Positions 37,133-45,611 of a stretch of DNA of 64,000 bases are shown here, piece after piece (the first letter of the stretch is position 1; each line of letters opens with the position of its first letter). Source of the stretch: an uncultured bacterium (GTDB lineage Bacteria; Bacteroidota; Bacteroidia; Bacteroidales; Bacteroidaceae); contig CAMOFO010000004.1 in assembly GCA_946613525.1 (NCBI GenBank), positions 17,925-81,924 of the forward strand. Reading direction: 5' to 3'. The translations under genes were made by a program, and so were the position numbers. The notes under the pieces are model-generated. The model was not told the DNA's origin. It was given only the letters and a program-made list of their open reading frames with translations, and did no database searches.

Positions 37133-37765
37133 ATGTCACACTTTAAAAAACTGATTTCTCGAAAATTTATTTTTTCCTTTAGTTTTGTCGCCATCGTTCT
37201 ACTCATAGCGACAATAGCGGTCTGTAACCATTTGGTGGAACGCGCCGCCGACAGAAAGACTTATGACGACATCTCCACTCTGCCTCACAACGAGGTGGCT
37301 CTTGTGCTGGGTGCCCCACCCCTGCTTCATGAAGGAAAGGTTAATCCCTATTTTGTCAAGCGGATGGAAGCTGCCGCCGCCCTGTACCATGCAGGGAAAA
37401 TCGACAAAATTCTATTGAGTGGAAGGGTTTCGCACAATGGGTTCAACGAACCGCAGGAAATGAGGGCTACACTCATGGAAAAAGATGTGCCAGACAGCAT
37501 TCTCGTGCTTGACGAAGCAGGCACACGTACTCTGGAATCAGTGGTCAGGTGCAAAAAAGTGTTCGGACTGCATCGTTTGACGATTATTTCGCAGCAATTC
37601 CACAACAAACGGGCACTCTACATCGCCCGTGCGCATGGTATCGACGCGGTGGCTTTCAATGCCAATGATGTGCCAAGGCATCGCTGGCTGAGCAGAATGA
37701 AGTTACGCGAATGGTTAGCACGGTACAAGGCCGTCGTGGAAGTGACGCTGTCTGAGAAAGACTAA
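37133..37765 (+). CDS. SanA/YdcF-family (DUF218) protein
   Basis: N-terminal TM; ALVLGA, NPYF..R..AA..LY, LLSG, NEP..M, RTLESV, ISQQFHNKRA; promoter TTTG-20nt-TATCTTTG at 37084-37115. Confidence 0.85.
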   Translation: MSHFKKLISRKFIFSFSFVAIVLLIATIAVCNHLVERAADRKTYDDISTLPHNEVALVLGAPPLLHEGKVNPYFVKRMEAAAALYHAGKIDKILLSGRVSHNGFNEPQEMRATLMEKDVPDSILVLDEAGTRTLESVVRCKKVFGLHRLTIISQQFHNKRALYIARAHGIDAVAFNANDVPRHRWLSRMKLREWLARYKAVVEVTLSEKD

Positions 37766-38742
37766 GAATGATAGCAAACAATGGTGTTGCCATCGAACTG
37801 CTCGCGGCGGAACGCCGTGGCTGTTTCGGGGATTTTCGGGGAAAGAGTTGAAGGTTGAGGGTTGAGGGTTGAGGGTTGAAGGTTGAGGGCTTTTTCCACG
37901 CGGATTTCGTCCCAGAGATTTTTGTCGAGAAACGACTGGAGCGTTTCCCTGCCTCCCTCGACAATGAGCGACTGCAGCTGCTGCTCGCGGCATCGCTCAA
38001 AAAGTTCTTCTATTGTTCGACACTCATTTTCCGCCTCCATCATAGCCCCCTCTCCTCGAATTACAAACCTCACCGGATTTTTGCCCGCCCACTCCCTCAC
38101 ATTGAGTTGCGGATGCTCGCGCTCCCACGTGACGCGTCCCACGACGATGGCATCTTCCTCGGCGCGAAGCTTATGGACGAGCATTTTCGTGAACGGCGTA
38201 GAGATGGCGAGGGGGTTTCCGCAGTCGTCGAGGTAGCCGTCGGCGGTTTGCGCCCATTTCAGGATGATGTAAGGTCGGTTTTTCTCGTGGAAAGTGAAAA
38301 AACGGCGGTTTAGATGGCGACATTCCTTTTCGAGCACACCCACGACAACTTCGATGCCGGCATCACGAAGCCGTTTGACGCCGCGCCCCTGCACCTCGGC
38401 AAACGGGTCGATGCAACCCACGACGACGCGGCGAACACCCTTTCGGACGATGAGGTCGCTGCAGGGTGGCGTTTTCCCGTGGTGCGAGCAGGGTTCGAGC
38501 GACACGTAGAGCGTGGCCTCGGGCAGCAGTTTTTCGTCGTCGGCGCTCACCGACGCAAAGGCGTTCACCTCGGCGTGGCCCTCGCCACAGCGCACGTGGT
38601 AGCCCTCGCCCAGAATCCGCCCGCCGGCCACGATCACACAGCCCACCATCGGATTCGGTCGCGACAGGTTTCGTCCGCACGCCGCCAGTTGGATGCAGCG
38701 TCGCATGAATTTTTCGTCAGTCAACGTTTGTGATTTCTCCAT
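37762..38742 (-). CDS. ribD: Bifunctional riboflavin deaminase/reductase
   Basis: PNPMVG, HAEVNA, LEPCSHHGKTPPC, LKWAQTADG, IVEGG; start placed at ATG 38742. Confidence 0.95.
   Translation of the reverse strand: MEKSQTLTDEKFMRRCIQLAACGRNLSRPNPMVGCVIVAGGRILGEGYHVRCGEGHAEVNAFASVSADDEKLLPEATLYVSLEPCSHHGKTPPCSDLIVRKGVRRVVVGCIDPFAEVQGRGVKRLRDAGIEVVVGVLEKECRHLNRRFFTFHEKNRPYIILKWAQTADGYLDDCGNPLAISTPFTKMLVHKLRAEEDAIVVGRVTWEREHPQLNVREWAGKNPVRFVIRGEGAMMEAENECRTIEELFERCREQQLQSLIVEGGRETLQSFLDKNLWDEIRVEKALNLQPSTLNPQPSTLSPKIPETATAFRREQFDGNTIVCYHS
37847..37888. repeat. Six GTTGAGG/GTTGAAG heptamers (42 nt) in frame in ribD
   Basis: Encodes LNLQPSTLNPQPST. Confidence 0.95.
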
Positions 38743-38761
38743 TTTTTCGTATATTTGCACC

Positions 38762-39793
38762 ATGACTTACCGCGAACTCTGTCAGCGGCTGGCCTCGGTC
38801 TATGACATGGACGAGGCTCGCGCCGTGGTCCGCCTGCTTCTCGGCGAGCGATTCGGCTTGTCGATGGCCGACATTTTGTGCGACAAAGTTACGGAATTAT
38901 CGGCAGACGACCGCACGGAATTGGAAAAAATGATGCGTCGGCTTGAAAATGGCGAGCCCGTGCAGTATGTGCTGGGCTATGCCACGTTCTGCGGTCGGCG
39001 CTTTCGCGTGACTCCCGACGTGCTGATTCCACGGCCAGAAACCGAAGAACTTTGCCAATGGCTGATCTCGGGAGTTCAGGAGTTCGGGAGTTCAGGAGTT
39101 CAGGAGAAATCTCACTCCACACTCCACACTCCACGCTCCACACTCCTCACTCCTCACCCCTCACTCCACACTCCTCACTCCTCACTCCACACTCCACACT
39201 CCACACTCCTCACTCCACACTCCTCAATATTAGACATCGGAACGGGCAGCGGCTGCATTGCCGTGACACTGGCGGCGGAGTGGCCCGAGGCGCAGGTATC
39301 GGCATGGGACATTTCCGAAAAAGCCCTGAAAATCGCGCGGGAGAATGCGGAGCGGAACGGCGCAAATGTTGATTTCGAGCAAGTCGATATCCTAAACCCA
39401 TTCAACCCTCAACCCTCAACCCTCAACATTCAACACCTAACACCCAACACCCAACACCCAACACTCAACACCCAGCACCCAACCTTCAACATTCTCATCA
39501 GCAACCCGCCCTACGTTTGCGAGAGCGAGAAAGCAGCGATGGAACGGAACGTGCTGCAACACGAGCCGCACTTGGCGCTCTTCGTGCCCGACGACGACCC
39601 TCTGCGCTTCTATCGCGCCATCGCCGAGTATGCCCGCCACGCGCTGAAGCCCAACGGATGGCTGTTTTTTGAAATCAACCCTGCGTATGCCGACGACATC
39701 GTGCAGATGCTGCAAGAAATGCAGTTCGAACAAGTGACGCTGAAAACAGATTCGTTTGGAAAAAAGCGGTTTTTAAGAACTAAAATCAAATAA
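38762..39793 (+). CDS. prmC: Release factor glutamine methyltransferase with two large repeat insertions
   Basis: EPVQYVLG, VLIPRPETEEL, LDIGTGSGCIA, ISNPPY, EPHLALF, FFEIN. Confidence 0.95.
   Translation: MTYRELCQRLASVYDMDEARAVVRLLLGERFGLSMADILCDKVTELSADDRTELEKMMRRLENGEPVQYVLGYATFCGRRFRVTPDVLIPRPETEELCQWLISGVQEFGSSGVQEKSHSTLHTPRSTLLTPHPSLHTPHSSLHTPHSTLLTPHSSILDIGTGSGCIAVTLAAEWPEAQVSAWDISEKALKIARENAERNGANVDFEQVDILNPFNPQPSTLNIQHLTPNTQHPTLNTQHPTFNILISNPPYVCESEKAAMERNVLQHEPHLALFVPDDDPLRFYRAIAEYARHALKPNGWLFFEINPAYADDIVQMLQEMQFEQVTLKTDSFGKKRFLRTKIK
39071..39226. repeat. 4.5 GGAGTTCA octamers followed by 16 C(A/T)CACTC heptamers, in frame in prmC
   Basis: Counted directly: octamers 39071-39106, heptamers 39111-39222. 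Confidence 0.97.
39402..39492. repeat. 13 TCAACCC/CCAACAC heptamers in frame in prmC
   Basis: Counted directly; lies just before NPPY. Confidence 0.97.
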
Positions 39794-39857
39794 ATTTTGT
39801 ATTCTGCCAACTAATGTGTATCTTTGCAAACAAACTATTGCATAAAACGACAGAAAT

Positions 39858-41333
39858 ATGAAAAAGAATTTGCTGATTTTGCTGTCGCTCGTGCTGATGA
39901 GCACTGCGACATGGGCAGGAAGAAAAATTGAACGTCCGAAACTGGTGGTCGGACTCGTTGTGGACCAAATGCGCTGGGACTACCTCTACTATTACTACGA
40001 AGACTTCGTGGAGGGCGGCCTGAAGCGGCTCGTCGATGAGGGATTCTCGTGCGAAAACACGATGATCAACTACGTGCCGACGGTGACGGCCATCGGCCAC
40101 ACGAGCATCTATACGGGCTCTACGCCCGCGCTGCATGGCATCTGCGGCAATTCGTTTTTCGAGAAGGGGAAGAGCATCAACTGCTGCGGCGACCCCACCG
40201 TGCGGAGCGTAGGCAGCGACTCGAAGGCTGGAAAGGTGTCGCCGCGAAACATGTGGGCCAACACCATCGGCGACCAGCTGCGCCTCTCGAACGACTTCAA
40301 GTCGCGCGTGTTTGGCGTGGCGCTGAAAGACCGTGCGGCCATCCTGCCTGCCGGCCATTCGGCCAACGCCGCCTACTGGTTCGACAAGTCCGTGGGCCAC
40401 TTCATTTCCTCGACCTACTACATGCAGGAACTGCCGAAATGGGTGCGTGACTTCAACAAGCAACACGCCATGAAGCCCGGCGACGACCCGAAAATGAAGC
40501 CCGAAGGCGTCACGCTCACCTTCAAAATGGCCGAGGCACTGCTCGAAAACGAGCGCCTGGGCTCGGGCGACGTCACCGATATGCTCTGCGTGAGCATCTC
40601 CTCGACCGACGCCATCGGCCATGAATACGGCACGCGCGCCGAACAAACCGTCGCAGCCTACAAGCAGCTCGACAAAGACCTCGCCCACTTCCTCAGAGTG
40701 CTCGACCGTCGCCTCGGACAAGGGCAATACCTGCTCTTCCTCTCTGCCGACCACGGCGGAGCCCACAACCCCAATTTCATGCGCCAGCACAAGCTCCCTG
40801 CCGACGGATGGGGCACGGGCAACACGGTGAAAGCCATCAACCAGCGACTGGCCGCGAAATACGGAGTGGACAATTTGGCTCTGGGCCACTATTCCGACTT
40901 CATCTACCTGAACCACGCCCGCATCGACAGTGCCGGCCTCGACATTCACGAGGTGAAGCGTGAGGCGATTCGCGAAATCGAGAAAAACGACAAGATTCTC
41001 TATGCCGTCGATTGCGAGAATGCCGCTTCAGCACCCATTCCGCAACTCGTCCGCGAGCGCATCGTGAACGGCTACAACCGCCATCGCTCGGGCGACATCT
41101 ACGCCCTGCCCCGTTCGCAAATGTTCACGTGGGAGTTCAAAGACGACTACATCGGCACCACCCACGGCGAATGGAACCCCTACGACTCGCACATTCCGCT
41201 CGTGTTCTTCGGCTGGAACGTGAAACACGGTGCCACGACGAAGCCCACGCGCATCGTCGATATCGCCCCGACGGTCTGCGCCCTGCTCCACATCCAGATG
41301 CCGAACGCCAGCATTGGCGACGCGATTTTTTGA
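39858..41333 (+). CDS. pafA: Alkaline phosphatase, PafA type
   Basis: PKLVVGLVVDQMRWDYL, PTVTAIGH (Thr nucleophile), KDRAAILPAGH, SADHG, THG; promoter at 39796-39826. Confidence 0.9.
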   Translation: MKKNLLILLSLVLMSTATWAGRKIERPKLVVGLVVDQMRWDYLYYYYEDFVEGGLKRLVDEGFSCENTMINYVPTVTAIGHTSIYTGSTPALHGICGNSFFEKGKSINCCGDPTVRSVGSDSKAGKVSPRNMWANTIGDQLRLSNDFKSRVFGVALKDRAAILPAGHSANAAYWFDKSVGHFISSTYYMQELPKWVRDFNKQHAMKPGDDPKMKPEGVTLTFKMAEALLENERLGSGDVTDMLCVSISSTDAIGHEYGTRAEQTVAAYKQLDKDLAHFLRVLDRRLGQGQYLLFLSADHGGAHNPNFMRQHKLPADGWGTGNTVKAINQRLAAKYGVDNLALGHYSDFIYLNHARIDSAGLDIHEVKREAIREIEKNDKILYAVDCENAASAPIPQLVRERIVNGYNRHRSGDIYALPRSQMFTWEFKDDYIGTTHGEWNPYDSHIPLVFFGWNVKHGATTKPTRIVDIAPTVCALLHIQMPNASIGDAIF

Positions 41334-41421
41334 ATTGTCAGACATAAAAATACAGGAGTAAGGAGTTAGACAAGTTTATTAAGTCTATGGACAAGTACTT
41401 GCTGAAAGATTGCAATAAATT

Positions 41422-41832
41422 ATGGAGAAAATAGTTAAATTAGGCATAGTAGTGCTGTTTATGTCCTTTTTACATGGTGCTTGTACAACAAGGACACCTG
41501 AAAAGATTCTGGAACAACAGTTTAATATTAGCCTAAAGGATTTTGATTATCAAGTTGAAACCTTTGAGGAACAATGGAATCCTAACGGAGATGGATATGC
41601 GTATATTATTTTCAAATTCAATGAATTAACCGAGAATAATATCAATTATCTTCTGTCGTCAGGACTTAAGGAATTACCTATACCAGATAGAAAAGAAATT
41701 CCTGACCGATTTTTATGCGATAATGGTTACTACTTATTTGAGAAGGTGGGTTCAAACGACGAAAGAGATTATAAATTGTTTGTCGTTGACACCGAAAATA
41801 ATAAGGCCGTTCTATATTATCAATATATGTGA
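41422..41832 (+). CDS. Hypothetical lipoprotein, AT-rich
   Basis: Hydrophobic signal ending HGAC; low GC. Confidence 0.7.
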   Translation: MEKIVKLGIVVLFMSFLHGACTTRTPEKILEQQFNISLKDFDYQVETFEEQWNPNGDGYAYIIFKFNELTENNINYLLSSGLKELPIPDRKEIPDRFLCDNGYYLFEKVGSNDERDYKLFVVDTENNKAVLYYQYM

Positions 41833-41862
41833 AATTCTGTTGGTCAAATAATGTAATAGCCT

Positions 41863-42294
41863 ATGTCAACTATTAAGCCAAACATCAGGGTATTTGTAAT
41901 ACAGATGGTTTATTTTGTATTACGGTTCTGCCTGAAGCCTATTTTCCATACGCCATGCATCGGATGTGAACGAGTTTACTATGTTCAAACCGATATTGAA
42001 ATAGCATTGGAAATAGTTCTGTTTTTGGGACTCACATTTGGAATGTGCTACCATATCCTCAAGACGAAAAGAATGTTTGTTACTTCACTTCTGATGGGAT
42101 TCTCCTTGTGGATTTTATTCGAATTGTCGAAATACATTGAATATTCGACGGGGTTTTTACCCCATTATGGTGATGTGCCAGTGGCCATCAGCTTCATTCT
42201 GTCTTTAGTGGGAACAATTGTCTACATGAGTGTGTTGTACCTTATCTGTCTGTTTGTAAAGCGCTATGTAATTGCTCCTGTTGAAGGCAGATAA
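41863..42294 (+). CDS. Hypothetical integral membrane protein, AT-rich
   Basis: About four hydrophobic segments; low GC. Confidence 0.65.
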   Translation: MSTIKPNIRVFVIQMVYFVLRFCLKPIFHTPCIGCERVYYVQTDIEIALEIVLFLGLTFGMCYHILKTKRMFVTSLLMGFSLWILFELSKYIEYSTGFLPHYGDVPVAISFILSLVGTIVYMSVLYLICLFVKRYVIAPVEGR

Positions 42295-42323
42295 CTTGGT
42301 CATTAAATCTGATGATGAAAAGT

Positions 42324-42360
42324 CGAGGATGGACAAACCAGAGCCATCCTCGCCTTTTTT
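42324..42360 (+). terminator. Intrinsic terminator closing the AT-rich islet
   Basis: cgaggatgg...ccatcctcg followed by cc and a T run. Confidence 0.7.
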
Positions 42361-42410
42361 GAAAATTTACTTGCCTTGTTTTTTCGTTTTTTATACTATG
42401 CGCGATGTCG

Positions 42411-42704
42411 CTAAGCGTAGGCAGTAGCCATTTTTTTATTAGGCACGCTGACAACATCCTCTCCCAACGCGGAAGAAATTTTGCATATCGTGGCCAGCGT
42501 AAGATTATGTGTACCTGAAAGCCATCGGCTTACCTCGGTTTCCGTCTTTCCAAGCAGGCGGGCAAGGTCTTTTTGCGACATTCCTCGGGTTTCGAGAATG
42601 TCATAGATTCGGTTGGCTATGGCCACCGACATTTCCATTTGCAGCTTTGTCTCGGATGAAATTGTGCTGCGAATTTCATCCATCACTTTGTTTGTTCTCA
42701 TCAT
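42411..42704 (-). CDS. XRE/Cro-C1 HTH protein, probable antitoxin
   Basis: GMSQKDLARLLGKTETEVSRWLSGTHNLTLATI. Confidence 0.85.
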   Translation of the reverse strand: MMRTNKVMDEIRSTISSETKLQMEMSVAIANRIYDILETRGMSQKDLARLLGKTETEVSRWLSGTHNLTLATICKISSALGEDVVSVPNKKMATAYA

Positions 42705-42716
42705 ATCTCCTTTCCT

Positions 42717-43199
42717 TTATTCGTCTTCGATAGCAAATGCCAGTTCCCCAAGCAATTCGGTTCCTTTCACGACAATCACCTTGCCTTTCTCTCTTTGTTT
42801 CAGTTCGATATCGATTTTCTGAAGCAGCTTCACCTGCCGATGCAGATTTTCGTCTTCCTCATAAGTGGCTGTGTTCTTCAGTCCTCCATTGCCGAGAATG
42901 AGTATCTTTGCTTGAATGTTTAGCAAGTAGAGCCTCAAAGAAGTGGTTTCGAGATGGGATGGCAGGGCCATCACCCTGTCACGCCTCGTTCCTTCATAGC
43001 GGAAATGCATATCCCTCGCCCCGTCGCGCTTGATGATATCAAGTCGATAGACCAACTGACGCACATCGTCGGGAAAAGTGTCTTTGTACGTCAGCAGGAA
43101 TTTCTCAAACTCGGAGTATTCCTCTCCCTCAAAATGTGGCGAGTAAAGGCTGACCTTCTCACCATCTTCTAAAAGTTCGATAAGCAAATTCCTTTTCAT
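42717..43199 (-). CDS. Hypothetical protein, probable RelE/HigB-like toxin
   Basis: Directly upstream of the HTH gene; LRLY...ILILGNGGLK resembles the RelE/Gp49 C-terminal pattern. Confidence 0.55.
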   Translation of the reverse strand: MKRNLLIELLEDGEKVSLYSPHFEGEEYSEFEKFLLTYKDTFPDDVRQLVYRLDIIKRDGARDMHFRYEGTRRDRVMALPSHLETTSLRLYLLNIQAKILILGNGGLKNTATYEEDENLHRQVKLLQKIDIELKQREKGKVIVVKGTELLGELAFAIEDE

Positions 43200-43218
43200 A
43201 TTCACCTTTTTTCTGCTG

Positions 43219-43296
43219 CAAAGATAAACATAAAAGTTGATTCCGCCAAATTTTTAGAAAATATTTTGGCCGTAATATCTATTATCCGTATTTTTG
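43219..43296. promoter_or_regulatory. Back-to-back Bacteroidetes promoters
   Basis: Minus: TTTG (43247-43250), 20 nt, TATCTTTG (43219-43226). Plus: TTTG (43265-43268), 20 nt, TATTTTTG (43289-43296). Confidence 0.75.
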
Positions 43297-43338
43297 CAGT
43301 GGAAACACCGAAAAGGTGGTAATTTGCATGAAAATACG

Positions 43339-44631
43339 ATGGAAGCTTTATTGCACTACGTCTGGAAGCATAAGCTGTGGCCGCTGAAACCACTTGCGAC
43401 CACCAGCGGCGAGCCTGTGGAGGTGATTGACACGGGCTTGCACAACCGCAATGCCGGCCCCGACTTCTTCAATGCGAAGGTGAAAATCGGCGAAACGCTG
43501 TGGGTGGGCAACGTGGAAATCCACGACCGCGCCACCGACTGGAACGCCCACGGCCACCAGCACGACGCAGCCTACGACAACGTGGTGCTGCACGTCTGCA
43601 GAGAGGTGAACGGCACGGCCACGACGGCCTCGGGACGCACGCTGCCGCAGTTGCAGCTCGACGTGCCGCCTTCGGTGCTCCAAAACTATCGGCAGTTGCT
43701 CCATGCCGACCGCTATCCGCCGTGCTATCAGCTGATTCCGTCGCTCTCGCCGCTCACCATCCACTCGTGGCTCAGTGCGCTGCAAACCGAACGGCTGGAG
43801 CAGAAAACCGAGGCCATCAAGCGGCGTGTGGCGCAGTGCAATGGCTCGTGGGAACAGGCTTATTTCACCACCCTGGCCCGCAATTTCGGCTTCGGCATCA
43901 ACGGCGACGCCTTCGAGCAGTGGGCACGCAGCGTGCCGCTCTCGGCGGTCGGCCACCACCGCGACGACCTTTTCCAGATTGAGGCCATTTTCATGGGTCA
44001 GGCCGGTCTGACAGACCTCGGAAACCTGCCCAAACGCCATCGCGAAAGGGCTGAAAATGACGACTATTTCATCCGGCTTCGCAACGAATACCACTTTCTG
44101 CAGCGAAAATTCTCCTTGCAGCCCATCGACCCGAAACTCTGGCGATTCCTGCGCCTGCGACCGCAGAATTTTCCGCATATCCGCCTCGCACAACTCGCCC
44201 GGCTCTACCATCAGGAAACGGCCTCGCTCAGCCAAATCGTGGATTGCGCCACGGTGGAAGACCTCGAAAAGGCTCTCGCCACGCGCGTCACACCCTATTG
44301 GCAGACGCACTATCTGTTCGGAGCCGACAGTCCCACGAGCGAGAAACGCCTTTCCGCAAGCTCGCGCCGACTGATGATTATCAACACGGTGATTCCCATG
44401 CTCTTCGCATACGGTCGCCATCGCCACGACGAAAAACTCTGCGACCGAGCCTTCGACTTGCTGGAAGAACTCGGTGCAGAGCAGAACCATATCACCCGTA
44501 TGTGGAGCGAGTGCGGACTCAGCGTCCGCTCGGCAGCCGACACGCAGGCACTCATTCAACTCAAGAACGAATACTGCGACCGGAAAGACTGCCTGCGCTG
44601 CAGAATCGGGTATGAATACTTGAAGAAATAA
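43339..44631 (+). CDS. DUF2851 family protein
   Basis: MEALLHYVWKH, AGPDFFNAK, WVGNVEIH, YDNVVLHV, RLRPQNFPHIR, C-terminal C...CLRC.IG. Confidence 0.85.
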   Translation: MEALLHYVWKHKLWPLKPLATTSGEPVEVIDTGLHNRNAGPDFFNAKVKIGETLWVGNVEIHDRATDWNAHGHQHDAAYDNVVLHVCREVNGTATTASGRTLPQLQLDVPPSVLQNYRQLLHADRYPPCYQLIPSLSPLTIHSWLSALQTERLEQKTEAIKRRVAQCNGSWEQAYFTTLARNFGFGINGDAFEQWARSVPLSAVGHHRDDLFQIEAIFMGQAGLTDLGNLPKRHRERAENDDYFIRLRNEYHFLQRKFSLQPIDPKLWRFLRLRPQNFPHIRLAQLARLYHQETASLSQIVDCATVEDLEKALATRVTPYWQTHYLFGADSPTSEKRLSASSRRLMIINTVIPMLFAYGRHRHDEKLCDRAFDLLEELGAEQNHITRMWSECGLSVRSAADTQALIQLKNEYCDRKDCLRCRIGYEYLKK

Positions 44632-44634
44632 GCC

Positions 44635-45120
44635 TTAGAGATAGATGCCGAAGCCCACGCGGAACCCGATTTTCGAGTATTCGCTGTGGTCGTTGAACGA
44701 CTGCTGGTAATAGACCGAGGGTTCAATCGTCACCGTGCGGCTGATGAAATAGGCATAGCCCACTTCCACGCCCGGCATCACGTCGTTGTAGCCGCCGGCA
44801 CCGTGGGCATACTTCACGTTGGCACCGAGGAAAATACCGTTCTGCAAGATGTAGTAGCGACCACCGGCACCCAGCTCCACCGTGTCGAACTTCATCGAGC
44901 CGCCCCGATGGTTCCATCCGGCAACGCCATAGAGCAGCACGTTGTCGGCCACGAAAAAGCCGGCCTGCCCCTGCAATCCGATGTTAAACTTCTCCGAACC
45001 ACTGTAGCTCAGGTTCAGGCCCGTGAGCGCTGCGTTGGCATAGAGCTTGCCCTGTTCAAACTGTGCGTGTGCGAGCAACGGCATGATCGCCGCGGCAATG
45101 ATAACAAAGATTTTTTTCAT
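44635..45120 (-). CDS. Small outer-membrane beta-barrel protein
   Basis: Signal peptide AHA-Q; alternating aromatic strands; C-terminal GFGIYL. Confidence 0.8.
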   Translation of the reverse strand: MKKIFVIIAAAIMPLLAHAQFEQGKLYANAALTGLNLSYSGSEKFNIGLQGQAGFFVADNVLLYGVAGWNHRGGSMKFDTVELGAGGRYYILQNGIFLGANVKYAHGAGGYNDVMPGVEVGYAYFISRTVTIEPSVYYQQSFNDHSEYSKIGFRVGFGIYL

Positions 45121-45275
45121 GTTGATTTTGGTATTGTTAATGGTTTTTTGCATGACAAAGGTAAGCATTTCTTTTGATTTACTCAACATTCTGGCTCAAA
45201 AATAACGCTTTTTTTTGTTCTTTATGAAAAAAATCCCTACTTTTGCAGTTGTAAAATCAGATTTCAGGAGAAAAT

Positions 45276-45611
45276 ATGCAAGAAACAAGACAAAATAAGG
45301 TGGCGCGACTGATGCAGAAAGAGCTGGCGCAGATTTTTCAGGAGCAGACGCGAGCCATGCACGGCATGATGGTGTCGGTGACGCGCACGAAGGTGTCGCC
45401 CGACTTGGGCGTCTGCACGGCCTATCTGAGCGTTTTCCCGAGCGAAAAGGCCGAGGAAACGGTGCACAACGTCAATGAGAATATGAAAACCATCCGCTTC
45501 GAGCTGGGCAAGCGCATCGGGAAACAGGTGCGCATCATTCCCGAACTGCGCTTTTTCCTCGATGACTCGCTGGATTATATTGAACGCATTGACGAGCTTT
45601 TGAAGAAATGA
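45276..45611 (+). CDS. rbfA: Ribosome-binding factor A
   Basis: RQNKVARL.QKELA.IF, VSPDL, RIIPELRFFLDDSLDY. Confidence 0.95.
   Translation: MQETRQNKVARLMQKELAQIFQEQTRAMHGMMVSVTRTKVSPDLGVCTAYLSVFPSEKAEETVHNVNENMKTIRFELGKRIGKQVRIIPELRFFLDDSLDYIERIDELLKK

Noticed and set aside
39071-39492. Possible CRISPR array
   Set aside because: Contiguous 7-8 nt units with no unique spacers and no cas genes
43245-43270. GCCAAA...TTTGGC inverted repeat as TA operator or invertible-promoter end
   Set aside because: Largely explained by the two -33 TTTG boxes of the divergent promoters; no recombinase nearby
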